Part shown: positions 52,422-64,000 of the stretch, one piece after another
Layout of the letters: each line of letters opens with the position of its first letter
How positions within the stretch are numbered: the first letter of the stretch is position 1
Source: Eledone cirrhosa
Lineage: Eukaryota
Direction of reading: 5' to 3'
Length of the DNA stretch: 64,000 nt
Assembly: GCA_964016885.1 (NCBI GenBank)
Contig: OZ024741.1
Coordinates: forward strand, 295,678,001-295,742,000
Made by a program: the position numbers and the translations under genes
The notes under the pieces: model-generated
Databases searched by the model: none
What the model was told of the DNA's origin: nothing
The model's input: the letters and a program-made list of their open reading frames with translations, nothing else

Positions 52422-52785
52422 CAGTTAGTAGGCACCTCTAACAAAAATACACCCCCGTCCAACCACCCCACCCCATTCACACCACCCCTTTCGATGTAAA
52501 GTTATGTTGGTGCCACAACATCCAGTCCGAAACAAATGAGGTCGTGTAGGTGTCATGAAAAAAAAACACACAGTCCACGCTGTAATGTGGCCGTGTAGGT
52601 AACACGGTAAAAACCTCCCAGTCCACACTGTAAACGTGGTTGGTGTTAGGAAGGGCATCCAGCCGTAGAAAACCCGCCAGACAGTCCTATACGAGTGAGA
52701 CAACCAATCTTGCCTCAAGTGGGAAACCCATGCTAGCGTGGAAGATGGACGTTAAACGATGATGATGATGATGATGATGATGATA
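52422..52785 (+). mobile_element. RTE 3' UTR copy with (GAT)n tail
   Basis: Matches 1915-2290. Confidence 0.9.
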
Positions 52786-55700
52786 TACAGATACGTATAT
52801 ATATGTGTGTGTGTGTGTAGATAGAGACTACTATTGAACATTAATATAAATAGGTAGATAGATATGGGGGTAGGTAAGGATATATATATACAAACACATA
52901 TATATTATACACAATAGGGCATCCAGCCATAGAAAACCATCCAGAAACAGTCCTATACGAGCGAGACACGGTCACCTGATCCAACTTGCCGCAAATGGAA
53001 CAAATCCGTCTAACCCATGTTAGCGTGGAAGATAGACGTAAATGATGATGATAATGATGATGAATAAAAAGGATTCACTCTATACACTGTTGCTGTGTAC
53101 CATATGATGGACTATGTTTTATTATACATTAAACATATCGTATATATGTTCATATACACCTCTATGATAAACCACACTATGTTAGTGTTTCTGCTAATTA
53201 ATCCTACCCAGCTAAGTTCATACTATATGCAAATGACCATTACAGTATTTTCTCCTCTAATTTGCTTTTCATCTATTCAAGGTCAATATAAAAAGTACCA
53301 GTCTAGTACTGGGATTGATTTTTCTTTTATATCTCTTTCATTCCCTCACTCTTTCTTTCTTTGGAAGAAATCTGCTATATTCAGACCTGGAGAGGTATGA
53401 GCTCTGCCAGATTTTAAAATCCCCTAGAAATACTGTATGTCAATATGGCGCCCATATGACTCCATCAGGAGTTACAGGACCATTTATGCATGCAGTGTGT
53501 CTATACACACACATTAATAAACACACACACAAATGCACAAGCCCATTCACTAGCATACACACACAAATTTCTTTAAAGTGAACAACAACGAATCAATAAT
53601 TGGTTGTTTGCATGTTGCCCAACTATCAGAAACAATCACAGAGAATTATGCCAGCTTTTGCCATTTTCACTGAAATCATTCCAAATAATAAAAATCCATT
53701 TGAGATTTGTTCAATACATAACACTCATTTAGAGTAAATATTGATTGTTTTACAAACATTCTCCCCTTTGATGATTTAACTGATTATCTCCTGTAATTAT
53801 TCCAGCTTTGATCCAAATAACTTCCACAGAAATTTGATTGGTGATTTTTCTACAGAAATACTTTAGTAACTTTGATCCAAAAAATCTTTTACCAAAATTG
53901 CGTCAGAGTTTATCGACACAGGTGTGGCTGCAGAGTTAACAAGTTTGTTTTGTAACCATGTGCTTTCAGTATCAGATTCATTTTGAGGTAACTTGTACGA
54001 GTGTTTTGTACTGCAATTACTATCTCAACCTGAGCAATTCCTTATATCTAAAATTTGCTAGATGGAAACTGTGCAGAAGCCCTAAAATCAATATATGGTA
54101 GAGGACTCTTCAGTCTTGCTGGTGCCACAAATAATGCACCAAGTACACTTTGTAAAGTGGTTGGTATTTTTTTTTTTTCTTTTTTTAATCATCGACAAGT
54201 TCCCAAGCCTCGATTACTTACTAAGTGTAGTGGAACTTGGCAAATCAGACCAAGGAAACAATGTTTCCATTAGTCTTTCCATTGCTGAAACTATCCACCA
54301 GTTGCAATTCCTGATAGAAAGAGCAACGTGAAATAAAGTGTTTTGCTCAAGGACATAACACATTACCTGGTCTATGAGTCAAACAACCTCAGGATTGCAA
54401 ATCTAATTCTCTAAACATTAAGTCATGCACTTTGGTATTAGGAAAGGCATTCAGCTGTAGAAACCATATCAAATTATTGAATGTATGAGCAAGCTGTGGT
54501 TCTCTGACCTGTCTAGTTTTAGGTTGTGATGATCCATTCAACCTATGTCTTCTTGGTTATGTTGGCTTGAATAAGCAGAGACAAAGTAGAGTAGAGGGGG
54601 GTCACTTTAGATATTTAGGGAACAAAACAACCTCTTCATTGTTGGTGCTATAATAAAATGTTTCCAGTGCACTCTGTGAAGTAGTTGGCAAACAAACAGA
54701 CAATATATGATAAAGAGGGTTCTTTTTTTTCTTGAATGTTACAAGATACCCTCTCTAGTGCTTCTGACAAGATAAAATGCCCTCAATAGACTCTATAAAA
54801 TGTTTAATGTTAGGAAAGACATCCAACCATAGGAACATCTAACTTAAATGTGGTCCTTAACATGCATAGTTGGACATTAACTCTAAATAGGAACTAACAG
54901 TAAAAAAAAGTCTAGTTTGTCTCAAGCCTAGAGGCTCATCATGCTGGTGCTTATCCTGATTTCCATGGTGTGAAGCAACTTAGAGTACAAGATCACCCCA
55001 CCCCCTCTGCCCCTGGACAGGATGCTAGCCCATCACAGGGTAAACCCCCAGCTATTGCTGGTATTCGTTTTCAGCTGAGTATAGTGGAGCAATGAGGATT
55101 GAAGCGTTTTGCTCAAGAATACAATAGAATACAAAAGAATACAACCCAGGCCAGGAATGAAACCCACAGCATTATGACTGTAAGGCCAACACTCTTACCA
55201 CTAACAGGGTGCATGTCTATCTGGTTAACCCATAACAGCATAGAAGATTAGATATAAATTGTTCATGTTGACAGTTATTGACACCACACATACACACACC
55301 ACTACAGTCATCTCTACACTTACCAAATTCTTTACTACCAACATATGACCACAATCTTTCTTTTCTTTTCTGAAAGATTGTGGTCATATGTACAATCACA
55401 AATATAAGCAGCCAAAATGGAGTTCCTCCAAAGGATCATTGGAGTAACATAGAGCTGCTACTTCTCTGAATTCAGAGATCACAGCTCCAATAATATGGGA
55501 ATATGGTTAGAATGTCTCAAGAAAGAATCACTGGACAGATATTTTTGTTGGTGGTTGTGGTCTTAGTGATATTGATAGCAATAGTGATAATGCTTGTGTT
55601 GGCAATTATGGTTTGAATAGTGATCGTGGTCGTTTCTTTTTCACCCACTTATTCCAGAAAGGGTCGTTGGGCAGAGTCCTCAAATTGTCCTTCCAGTGGG

Positions 55701-56059
55701 TCCTGTCAGAATATGTCTCTAGGGAAAGATGCTTATGAAGTGTTCTTTTTTGTTGGGATCTACCCTCAATGATTTTGTATATGTTATATATATATATATA
55801 TATATATCAGTATCTGTACGTTGGTATAAAATGTGTTCTCTATTACATCCATGTCTTAGTGACATGTGAGAAAAGGTCATAATTGTACCCAAAGTTGAGG
55901 TTGTTGGCTGTGCAACATATCAAATGGCAGATGGCTGATCATCTTTTATTCACAGTTGTTGTATAAAAAATATAATAATATAATGCTTACAGAACAAAAA
56001 TACAAACACATGTAATTATACAAATAGAAATGCAAATAGAAATTAAAAGAAAAAAACAT

Positions 56060-57340
56060 TAAAAAAAAAAAAGAAACGGTGTGGTAATTCACCACCAAGT
56101 GCGATAATCGGCCGTACATCATCTCATATTCACTGCGGCGTCCATGATGTGGAGAGGGCAAAAGAGTCACTGACTGTGACATCCCAGATCAGACACCTAC
56201 CTCTCACCCAGGGACAAAGAGTAAGACCGTCTGGTCTCTTCCCATCACTTCTGGATAAACCAACCGGCTTCAGAACTGTGGGGATATTAATCAGAGCCAG
56301 GGCCTGTTTGATGATCAGGTTTAGCTCGGTGTGATGGGCAAAACGACCAGCATTCAGGCGGCAGGATAAACCATGTAAACAGATGTTCGCTCCCACACAA
56401 AGTGCAATGGAGATGCAGAGTTTGTCCTGACTGAGAAGGGTGCCAATGTTGGCTACAGGCAGGGCATCAATCCAGTCCCCTGAGAACTTTGTGCCAGTAG
56501 AAAGTAAGTTGGAAGTTTCCCTCAAACACAGATTGTCCTATACTCTCTGCTTCCATCTATCGTCATCAGTAACCGGGACTGACAGACCCAGCTCTCTCCA
56601 CTGTAGTAAAGCTTCATCCAACTACCTAGTGGATCTAGTCCAAGTTGGGAAGGAGACGATGTCACCTACCAAAGGGAAGCAGGCGTGAATGGAGGAAAGA
56701 AAGCAAGGAAGGGACAATGAAGTACACTTATGCAAACCGAACCTCCAAACCGTTAGGGTAAGGCAACTTGGTCACGGGATCTGGAGAGAGTCGGACATTG
56801 ACCAAACCCTTAAGCTCACTGAATATTAGATCGTCGAAGCATTGGAGAGATGACGAGAATTTGTAAGAGGGACTAAATCTAAGGAAATACAACTTAGGGA
56901 TTAACAGATAATTCCAGAGAATGAAAAACCTTGGTGAGAATCAATGACTTCGAGGTTTTTTAAAAGTTGCTTGAGGTTAGCCAGCTTAGATGGACTTGAA
57001 GGCTTGGTCAGTAACTGGGTCCCCAAAGGAGCACAACACCGATGGGGGAGGAACCTCGATTGACGGGAAAGACTCGGTGAATAGGTCAACAGTCTCTTGA
57101 TGTGAAGCTAAGTGGTTGAGGAGCCAGAGCTCACATTTGGGACTGTTGATGTGAAGGCCCCTATGACCCAGCTCCTCAATCATCGTCTTCGCAATTGCAA
57201 GGACCTTGTCTGGCGGACAACCTCAAGCAAGCAACATCCAGATACCAGACATTCAGATCCAGGTCAACTCCCTACGTCATCAATGCCTAGAGCATGTCTC
57301 CCTGTTGGACCCCTGTAGCAGATAGAAGGAGATCTATTGC
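56060..57340 (-). mobile_element. Decayed CRE-clade non-LTR retrotransposon (RT relic + restriction-like endonuclease)
   Basis: GVQQGD...LNVWYLD, GLHINSPKCE, GDWIDALP, HGLSC..RFAHH, RPDGLTLCPW..GRCLIWDVTV (PD-(D/E)xK-type RLE). Confidence 0.8.
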
Positions 57341-58029
57341 CTAAGTCATTTCTGAAACATAATAGTTCTTCCAGTAACTCCATAACTTTTCTTTTGGGAA
57401 ATATTCTATAACTACCAGTGTCAAAAGCTTTACTGGGGTCGATGAAAACCTCAAGTGTAACATGTTTATTTGACGTAGCTCTCGTGATGTCATTAATATA
57501 TTCTATAAGCCTATTATCTACACCGGAATTGTTTCAAAAACCATTCGAAAACCAAATTGTTTGGAATAAAAAAAGATTATTATTCTCAAAGAAATCGTAA
57601 AGACAAGAGTACATGAGTCCCTAACAATTTGGAGAAGACTGGTAAAAGCTATATTACCAACTTCTGTCTTTGCATAACTTTTGCTATTTTCATTTTATCC
57701 AGAAATACTCCAGATGCAAATGAAGTATTAAAGACATTTAGAAATGGGACTTTTATTAATTCATATACAATTTTTAAAATCTTTGTGCCCAAGGAGTCAT
57801 ATCTAGGTACTTTGTTCATCTTCAGACAAGTGAATGCTTTCTTAAATCCTTCATCCATAACTGGATTCATTTTGAATAAATCCCAAGGAAGTTTTTATTG
57901 GCTCTTGGTATTTTTTACGCAAGATATGGACCACTATTGGTAAAAAATAAAATTGCTGAATTCCTCAGCAATCAACTTCTTGTTATACACCTTTTACTCA
58001 TTTATTGATAAGTCATTTGGATAATTATT

Positions 58030-58470
58030 AACAGGCTGTTATATTTGAGGACGGTTATGTTGTCCTAACATTGTCAAAAAATACACACTTAGTCTTTGGT
58101 TTGGTTTCCGCTTCAGTATATTTATATCAATAATTTAGCTGGCAATCAATGATAAATATAATTTATCAAAGTTCTTTCATCACATATTGCTGTGACATAT
58201 TCAGTGATTATCAATGTGTTTCCTCCCGTTCTGTTTCTACAAGGTTGTTTTTTTTTGTTGTTGTTTTGTTGTTTCTGTTTGCACAATCGTTTATGTGCGT
58301 GTATTCTGTTTGGTGTGTGTTCGTGGCCGAGTCTGTGTGTGTTTATGTGTTTATATTCTATCTTTGGTCTCTAGCGTGTGTTTCTGTATGGTTGTTGTTA
58401 TTCCACTGTTTCAAACACATGATTTCATATCAAAAACTTTGCAAAACAAATACATCGCCAAATTAACAGA
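58030..58470 (-). mobile_element. Penelope-type pLTR element related to 6672-7310
   Basis: Shared GTTATA..TG.GGA.GGT.AT and TTGGTTT.CGCTTC.GTAT blocks; 58430-58462 is the reverse complement of 6671-6705; hammerhead inside. Confidence 0.65.
58165..58208 (-). ncRNA. Degenerate minimal hammerhead motif
   Basis: ATCA-CTGAATA-T-GTCACA(GCAATA)TGTGAT-GAAAG-AA-CTT-TGAT; stem I ATCA/TGAT, G8 mutated. Confidence 0.5.
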
Positions 58471-59969
58471 CTCGTTTTTAGTAATTATTGTTTTCATAAT
58501 TGATCACATTTTTTTAACATTTAATTTATGTTTTTCAATTTGGTTCGAAAAATAAGAGATTTTAGCTTTCTCTTTTAAAAATTTTCTGCATTAAAAATTT
58601 TAGCATATTTTGTGGACCTTTCCTCACTCACGGGAGTTTTATTTTTTATGTATTTCAAATACAACTTTTGTTTTTGCTTAGAACTATGTAAAATTCCTAC
58701 AATTATTCATTTATTCAAGATAGACTTTTCTTTCACCAATTTTTCTTTTATATAAAAATATTCATTACAAAGATGTTGGAAATTAACTAAAAAGTTTTCA
58801 TACGATCTATTGAAGACACATGTGTTGATAACAGATGTCCAATTACATTCTTTGAGCTTGTTGAAAAGATTTAAATGTTTTTGGGTGAATATCCTCTTCT
58901 TAACCATTACTTTCTTCAATAGATTTTCAGGGCTGCAGAAAATATCCCTTATTACTAAGAAGATTGGATAATGATTTTTGCACATACGATGCCAGATTTA
59001 ACATCCTGATTATAACTTAAAGAATATATTGTCAATGCAGTGCTTTTTTTTTTTGTTGTTGTTACATGGGTGTCATTAGTGATGGAAGCCATAAGATAAC
59101 TTTGATGCATATTTTGGAAAAAATTTCTAACCTTTGGATCTGTTTCGCATGTAAATAAATTAAGATTAATGTCACCAGAAATAAATATTTGCTTCTGCCT
59201 AATAGCAGTGAGAAACTTAGTTATATTTTGGTTAAAAGCTTTCATTTCCCTTTTGGTGGTCAATATGTGTTTCCAAGTAAATATTTTTCTTTTTGGGTCT
59301 TATTTCTTCAATAAATTGAGCTTCAAGGTCTTCATTAATTTGTAGATTTACTTTTCATAGCCATCCAAATTTCTCATTAAATATATATATAGAGGCCCTC
59401 ACCTCTCATATTCTATCCTCGGGGTACATGAAAACATAACTGGGTAATTCATATTTTTAATCTAAATCCTCTTCTTTTTTATCTTTTGCTCAAATTTATA
59501 TGTGTACATATGTGTACAATTTATATGTGTACATATATATATTTATATATGTTTCTGTGTATGTGTATGTGAAAGGGTTATGGTTTTACTTCACATTGCT
59601 CCAGTTCATTCAGATGGTAAAATTAAGTTGTGCCTATAATTCCAAGTATCAGCTATGTCAAACAATGTCATGCTGAATATCCCTAAAAATTATATTAAGG
59701 ATACAAGTGTTTCTGGAATACACAGCTACTTGCAGTTTAATTTTATGAGCAGGTTGTTGAATTGTTCACACAACTGGGACAGCTGTCATCAAAACTGATA
59801 GATGTCCAACACATACACACACAGATATATTTGGAGAAAAATCAAGGGAAGAATAAAGAGAGATTAATAATATACATCTATGTTCGTGTGTGTGAGTATT
59901 ATACTTTGTGAGGGACATGCTACCAATAAAAACACTTGCACCAGTTCAGTTCCACAGTTTTATTATTAG

Positions 59970-60330
59970 GGATGGATTGGCACTATTGGTAGAGCGCCAG
60001 TTGTCATGCTTTACAGTATATAGTTACAGCCCTTTACATTCTGAATTCAAATCCTGCAGAGGTGAGCTTTACCTTTCATCCTTACAAGGTCAATAAAATA
60101 AATCACCAGTAGTGCACTGGGTTCGATTTAATCAATTTTCCCCTCCCCCAAAAAACTACTGGTCTTATGCCTAAATCAGAAACCATTAGTTAAATCCCAC
60201 TGAGGTTAGCATTACCTTTCATCTAGGGTCAATAAAATAAAGCAAATGAACTGGGATTGATTTAATAGACTTTCCCCACCCATGCACCCAAATTATTGAC
60301 CTAGTGCATAACTCAGAAGCCATTATTAGT
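59970..60330 (+). mobile_element. Two Meta-type SINE copies
   Basis: TTGGTAGAGCG head, GAATTCAAATCC, TTACCTTTCATC..GGTCAATAAAATAA. Confidence 0.65.
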
Positions 60331-60684
60331 TACGTAACTAATTCTTTTTTTGGTTAGTTAAGTAATTGGATAGATATTTGTCAAATTTAATTGCTGAAGC
60401 TCTTTCGTCACACATGTGACCTTCTCAATGACTATTCCTGCTCTTCCTGATCTCATTTGAGTAAATAAACAAAATCAAAGCTAAGGAGTAAGAATAGTCA
60501 TTATATCATCATCATTTCATCTTACATCCGCTTTTTCCCTGCTTGCAAGGGTGGGACGGGAACTGATTCTGGCCTGATTTCTACAGCTGGATGCCCTTCC
60601 TACCAACCTCATTTTACAGTGAGTGCTAGGTGCTTTTTTTTTTCCGTGGCGCCTACACGTCCACTTTACAGTGGAATGATAGAG

Positions 60685-60728
60685 ACCACATATATATATA
60701 TATATATATATATAGTTCAGGTGTGGTC

Positions 60729-60762
<34 letters not shown>

Positions 60763-60773
60763 GACCACACGTG

Positions 60774-60823
<50 letters not shown>

Positions 60824-60882
60824 GTATATATAGTTCAGGTGTGGTCATTATATATATATATATATAATGACCACACGTGAAC

Positions 60883-60885
<3 letters not shown>
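60685..60885. repeat. Duplicated micro fold-back (17-bp arms around (TA)n)
   Basis: GTTCAGGTGTGGTCATT-(TA)n-AATGACCACACGTGAAC occurs twice (60715-60776, 60833-60882). Confidence 0.85.
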
Positions 60886-60963
<78 letters not shown>

Positions 60964-60967
<4 letters not shown>

Positions 60968-63900
60968 TCATCATCATCACTGTTTTACGTCCGTTCTTCC
61001 ACGCTACCATGGGTTAGACGGGTTATCCTGTTGTGTGCAGTGTCTGGTCGGCTGACCATGCCTTGCTCATACAGGAACTGATCTGGCTTGATTTCTACAG
61101 CTGGATGCCCTTCCTAACACCAACCTCATTTACAGTGAGTGCTGGGTGCTTTTTCGTGGCGCCTACACGTCCACTTTACAGTGTGGGCTGGGTGCTTTTT
61201 TGCCGTGGCACCTCAACGACCACATTGCGGTGGGGGGTGTGGGGGCATATTGTTTATATGCTTCAGCATGTACCCATGGGAGGTCGGGTACTCTGTATTA
61301 CTGCGTGACGCCAGAAGTCACAGTCGTGTGTCATTGTCTTTGAGAGGTGTAATTGGGTAAGGTCGGCTTTTATCACCTCATCCCAGGTCATCTTGGGTCT
61401 CCCCACTCCGCGGTTTCCATCAACTTCTAGTGCTCTGCACCTTTTTATGCAGCTGTCATCCTTCATACGCATCACATGTCCATACCAGTGCAACCGTCTC
61501 TCCTGCACACAGCATTTGATTCCTCTTATGCTCAGTCTCTCTCTCAATTCATTTATGCTTTGTCGTTCACGTATATTACTGTTACACATCCATCGGAGCA
61601 TGCAGGCTTCGTTTCTCTCTAATCTACGTAAGTCTTCCACCTTCAGCGCCCAGGTCTCACTACCATGCAACATCGCTGTTCGGATACACGCATCATACAG
61701 TCTGCCTTTCATTCTGAGGGAGAAGCCTTTTGCAGCTAGCAGTGGTAGTAGTTCCCTAAACTTCTTCCATCCCGTTCTTACCCTAGTTATTGTACTTTCT
61801 GAACACCCACCTCCGTTGCTAAATCGGTCACCTAGGTAGCAGAAGCTGTCTACTGTTTCTACAGGGCCCTCCCAGAGATTGGTGGTACTTGTTTTCTGTG
61901 GCTGTTTGCTGCTTGCTGTTTCAGCACAGCTGCTGCATGTGAATCCTACATTCTTAATTAAGCTTCCTGAGATCCCGCTACATCTCTTGTGTACCCATTG
62001 TTTGCATTTTGGGCAGAGAATGGAGTTCCTACCTACACCTTTCCTACATACTGAGCAAGGCCATTTCCCTGAGGGGATCTGGGTTCTGTTTTCTCGTCTA
62101 CTTACAAGGACCTTAGTCTTTGTCATGTTGACTTTGAGACCCTTTCTCTCTAGTTCCTGCTTCCAGGTTTGGAATTTATTCTCTAGTTCTACCATAGATT
62201 CAGCTATGAGTGCGAGGTCATCTGCATACAGGAGTTCCCATGGGCATCCGGTCTTAAACTCCTCCGTTATTGCCTGCAGGACTATGATGAACAGGAGAGG
62301 GCTAAGAACAGAGCCCTGGTGGACCCCAACCTGTACGCTAAATTCCTCGCTATACTCATTGCTAATCCTAACTTTGCTGACTGCTCCCCTATACATGGCT
62401 TGTACCGCTTTCACAAGCCATTCATCTACTCCTAGTTTTCTAAGAGCCCACCAGATTACAGCATGTGGAACTCTGTCAAAGGCTTTCTCAAGGTCGACAA
62501 ATGCCAAGTAGAGTGGCTTACTTTTAGCTAGGTACTTTTCCTGTAATTGCCTCACAAGGAAGAGGGCATCAGTGGTGCCTCTTCCTGGTACAAACCCAAA
62601 TTGCATCTCGTCTATATTCACCCGGTCCCTAATCAGCTGTGCTATAACTCTTTCTGTTACTTTCATGACCTGGTCCATCAACTTCATACCTCTATAGTTT
62701 CCTCTATCTAGTGCATCGCCTTTACCTTTGTAGCAGTTGACAATGATGCTACTGCACCAATCTTTTGGTATGGCCCCTTCTAGTATTACCTGGTTAACGA
62801 TACGTGTGGTTATAGTGTGACCTACAGACCCAGATGCCTTCAGCATCTCGGCAGCTATACCCGATGGACCGGTTGCCTTCCCCATCTTCATATGTTTGAT
62901 TGCCTTACTTACTACGCTGCTGCTGACTTGTACTGCTGGTCCCTCTATAGGGTCTACTTGGGGTAGGGTCTCTTCTTCCCATGCATTCTCCTCATTTAGT
63001 AATCTATCATAATGACTCTTCCATGCATCTTTCTTCTCAGCACTTGTGAGGGCAAGCTCACCTTTATCATTCCGGATACACTTCTCTCCAATGACATCGC
63101 AACTATCTCTGACACACTGCCTCGCAATCTTGAATACCTCCTGTTTCTGGTCCTCACGGTGTAAAACATGCTTGAATTTTCTATCCTCTGCTTCCCTCCT
63201 AGCTAAGTATACTTGTCGCCTAGCTTCCCTCTTGGTCTCTATGTAATGTACCCTGCTCCCCCCGTTCTTCCATTCTTTCCATGCCTGTCTCTTGGCCTTA
63301 ACTGCTTCATCTACCTTATTGTTCCACCACCAAGTCACTCTCCTCCTGCTTGAGGTCTTACTCCAGCCACAGACCTCATCCGTCGCCTCTAGTAAATTAT
63401 TTTTTAGGAACTCCCAGTTCTCTTCTACGTTAAATGTCTCTATCTGTTCTTCTTTACTGTCGTAGGCGTTGAGTAAAATATCTTTAAATCTGTTACTGGT
63501 TGAGGGGACTTTCAGCTTCCAGATCTTTCTTCTCCAGGTTGGCCTCTGTTTCCGGGTTCGTCTAGTTCTGACCGTGAGGTCGCTGACAACTAAGCTATGT
63601 TGGGATGTACATTCCTCACTAGGGAAGGCTTTTGTGTTTACGACCGTCCATCTGTCACGTCCTCTGATGAGGATAAAATCTAACTGACTAGAGTGCTCCC
63701 CTGATCTGTAGGTGATCAGGTGGTTTTCGGGTTTTTTTAAGTTTGTGTTACATATCGACATGTCATTGGCGTCGCAGAATTCTAGAAGTCTGAATCCTTC
63801 CTCGTTCCTTGTGCCAACTCCATGGCCTCCATGTACTCTATTGAAGCTGTCGCAGTGTTTACCTATGTGTCCGTTAAAATCTCCTGCGATGATTAGGAAG

Positions 63901-64000
63901 TCCTTGTCGTCTGTTAGAGCAGTAGTGTGTATTAGGGACTCGTAAAACCTATCCTTAAGTTCGTCTGGCAGCCCCGATTGGGGTGCGTAAGCTGATATTA
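60964..64000 (-). mobile_element. RTE LINE, apparently intact, continuing beyond the window
   Basis: 3' UTR and (CAT)n tail at 60964-61262 abutting (TA)n; uninterrupted ORF. Confidence 0.97.
61263..63998 (-). CDS. RTE polyprotein (APE endonuclease, RT, PHD-like finger), N-terminus outside window
   Basis: Track ORF of 832 aa; manual translation upstream of 63761 stays open to the window edge (ISAYAPQ..AGDFNGHIG); NYRGMKL, FVDLEKAFD, QGSVLSP, YADD and FCYLG are intact. Confidence 0.93.
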   Translation of the reverse strand: MSAYAPQSGLPDELKDRFYESLIHTTALTDDKDFLIIAGDFNGHIGKHCDSFNRVHGGHGVGTRNEEGFRLLEFCDANDMSICNTNLKKPENHLITYRSGEHSSQLDFILIRGRDRWTVVNTKAFPSEECTSQHSLVVSDLTVRTRRTRKQRPTWRRKIWKLKVPSTSNRFKDILLNAYDSKEEQIETFNVEENWEFLKNNLLEATDEVCGWSKTSSRRRVTWWWNNKVDEAVKAKRQAWKEWKNGGSRVHYIETKREARRQVYLARREAEDRKFKHVLHREDQKQEVFKIARQCVRDSCDVIGEKCIRNDKGELALTSAEKKDAWKSHYDRLLNEENAWEEETLPQVDPIEGPAVQVSSSVVSKAIKHMKMGKATGPSGIAAEMLKASGSVGHTITTRIVNQVILEGAIPKDWCSSIIVNCYKGKGDALDRGNYRGMKLMDQVMKVTERVIAQLIRDRVNIDEMQFGFVPGRGTTDALFLVRQLQEKYLAKSKPLYLAFVDLEKAFDRVPHAVIWWALRKLGVDEWLVKAVQAMYRGAVSKVRISNEYSEEFSVQVGVHQGSVLSPLLFIIVLQAITEEFKTGCPWELLYADDLALIAESMVELENKFQTWKQELERKGLKVNMTKTKVLVSRRENRTQIPSGKWPCSVCRKGVGRNSILCPKCKQWVHKRCSGISGSLIKNVGFTCSSCAETASSKQPQKTSTTNLWEGPVETVDSFCYLGDRFSNGGGCSESTITRVRTGWKKFRELLPLLAAKGFSLRMKGRLYDACIRTAMLHGSETWALKVEDLRRLERNEACMLRWMCNSNIRERQSINELRERLSIRGIKCCVQERRLHWYGHVMRMKDDSCIKRCRALEVDGNRGVGRPKMTWDEVIKADLTQLHLSKTMTHDCDFWRHAVIQSTRPPMGTC

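Larger units (their letters stand above)
57345..59450 (-). mobile_element. Decayed CR1/L2-group LINE (APE + RT N-half), interrupted at 58030-58470
   Basis: IFISGDINLNL, FNTSFASGVFLDKMKIAKV, FIDPSKAFDT. Confidence 0.8.

Noticed and set aside
61393-62511. Long antisense ORFs over RTE copies
   Set aside because: Shadow frames of the RTE coding strand with no independent motifs

Overview
AT-rich animal genomic DNA, most likely from an octopod cephalopod (inferred from the repeat families). No host protein-coding gene can be supported. The window is a mosaic of (TA)n/(CA)n microsatellites and transposons. There are many RTE-clade LINEs (APE endonuclease plus RT with an inserted C4HC3 PHD-like finger). 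One RTE has an uninterrupted ORF running off the right edge, and two are fused tail-to-tail into a ~4.6-kb palindrome. Also present are two Penelope-like elements (RT and/or GIY-YIG), CRE-, CR1- and Tx1-like relics, tRNA-derived SINEs, a Helitron, and hAT/pogo/piggyBac MITEs. The main unexplained signal is a set of short, non-coding fold-back (inverted-repeat) insertions sitting in (TA)n tracts. Many carry minimal type-I hammerhead ribozyme motifs: about 13 are read by eye, with palindromic stem III, including a U3-A8 core covariant family and long-stem-II variants. They look like a ribozyme-processed, Penelope-mobilised, microsatellite-targeting system. All structures were assessed manually; no folding, alignment or database search was run, and coordinates of decayed repeats are approximate.
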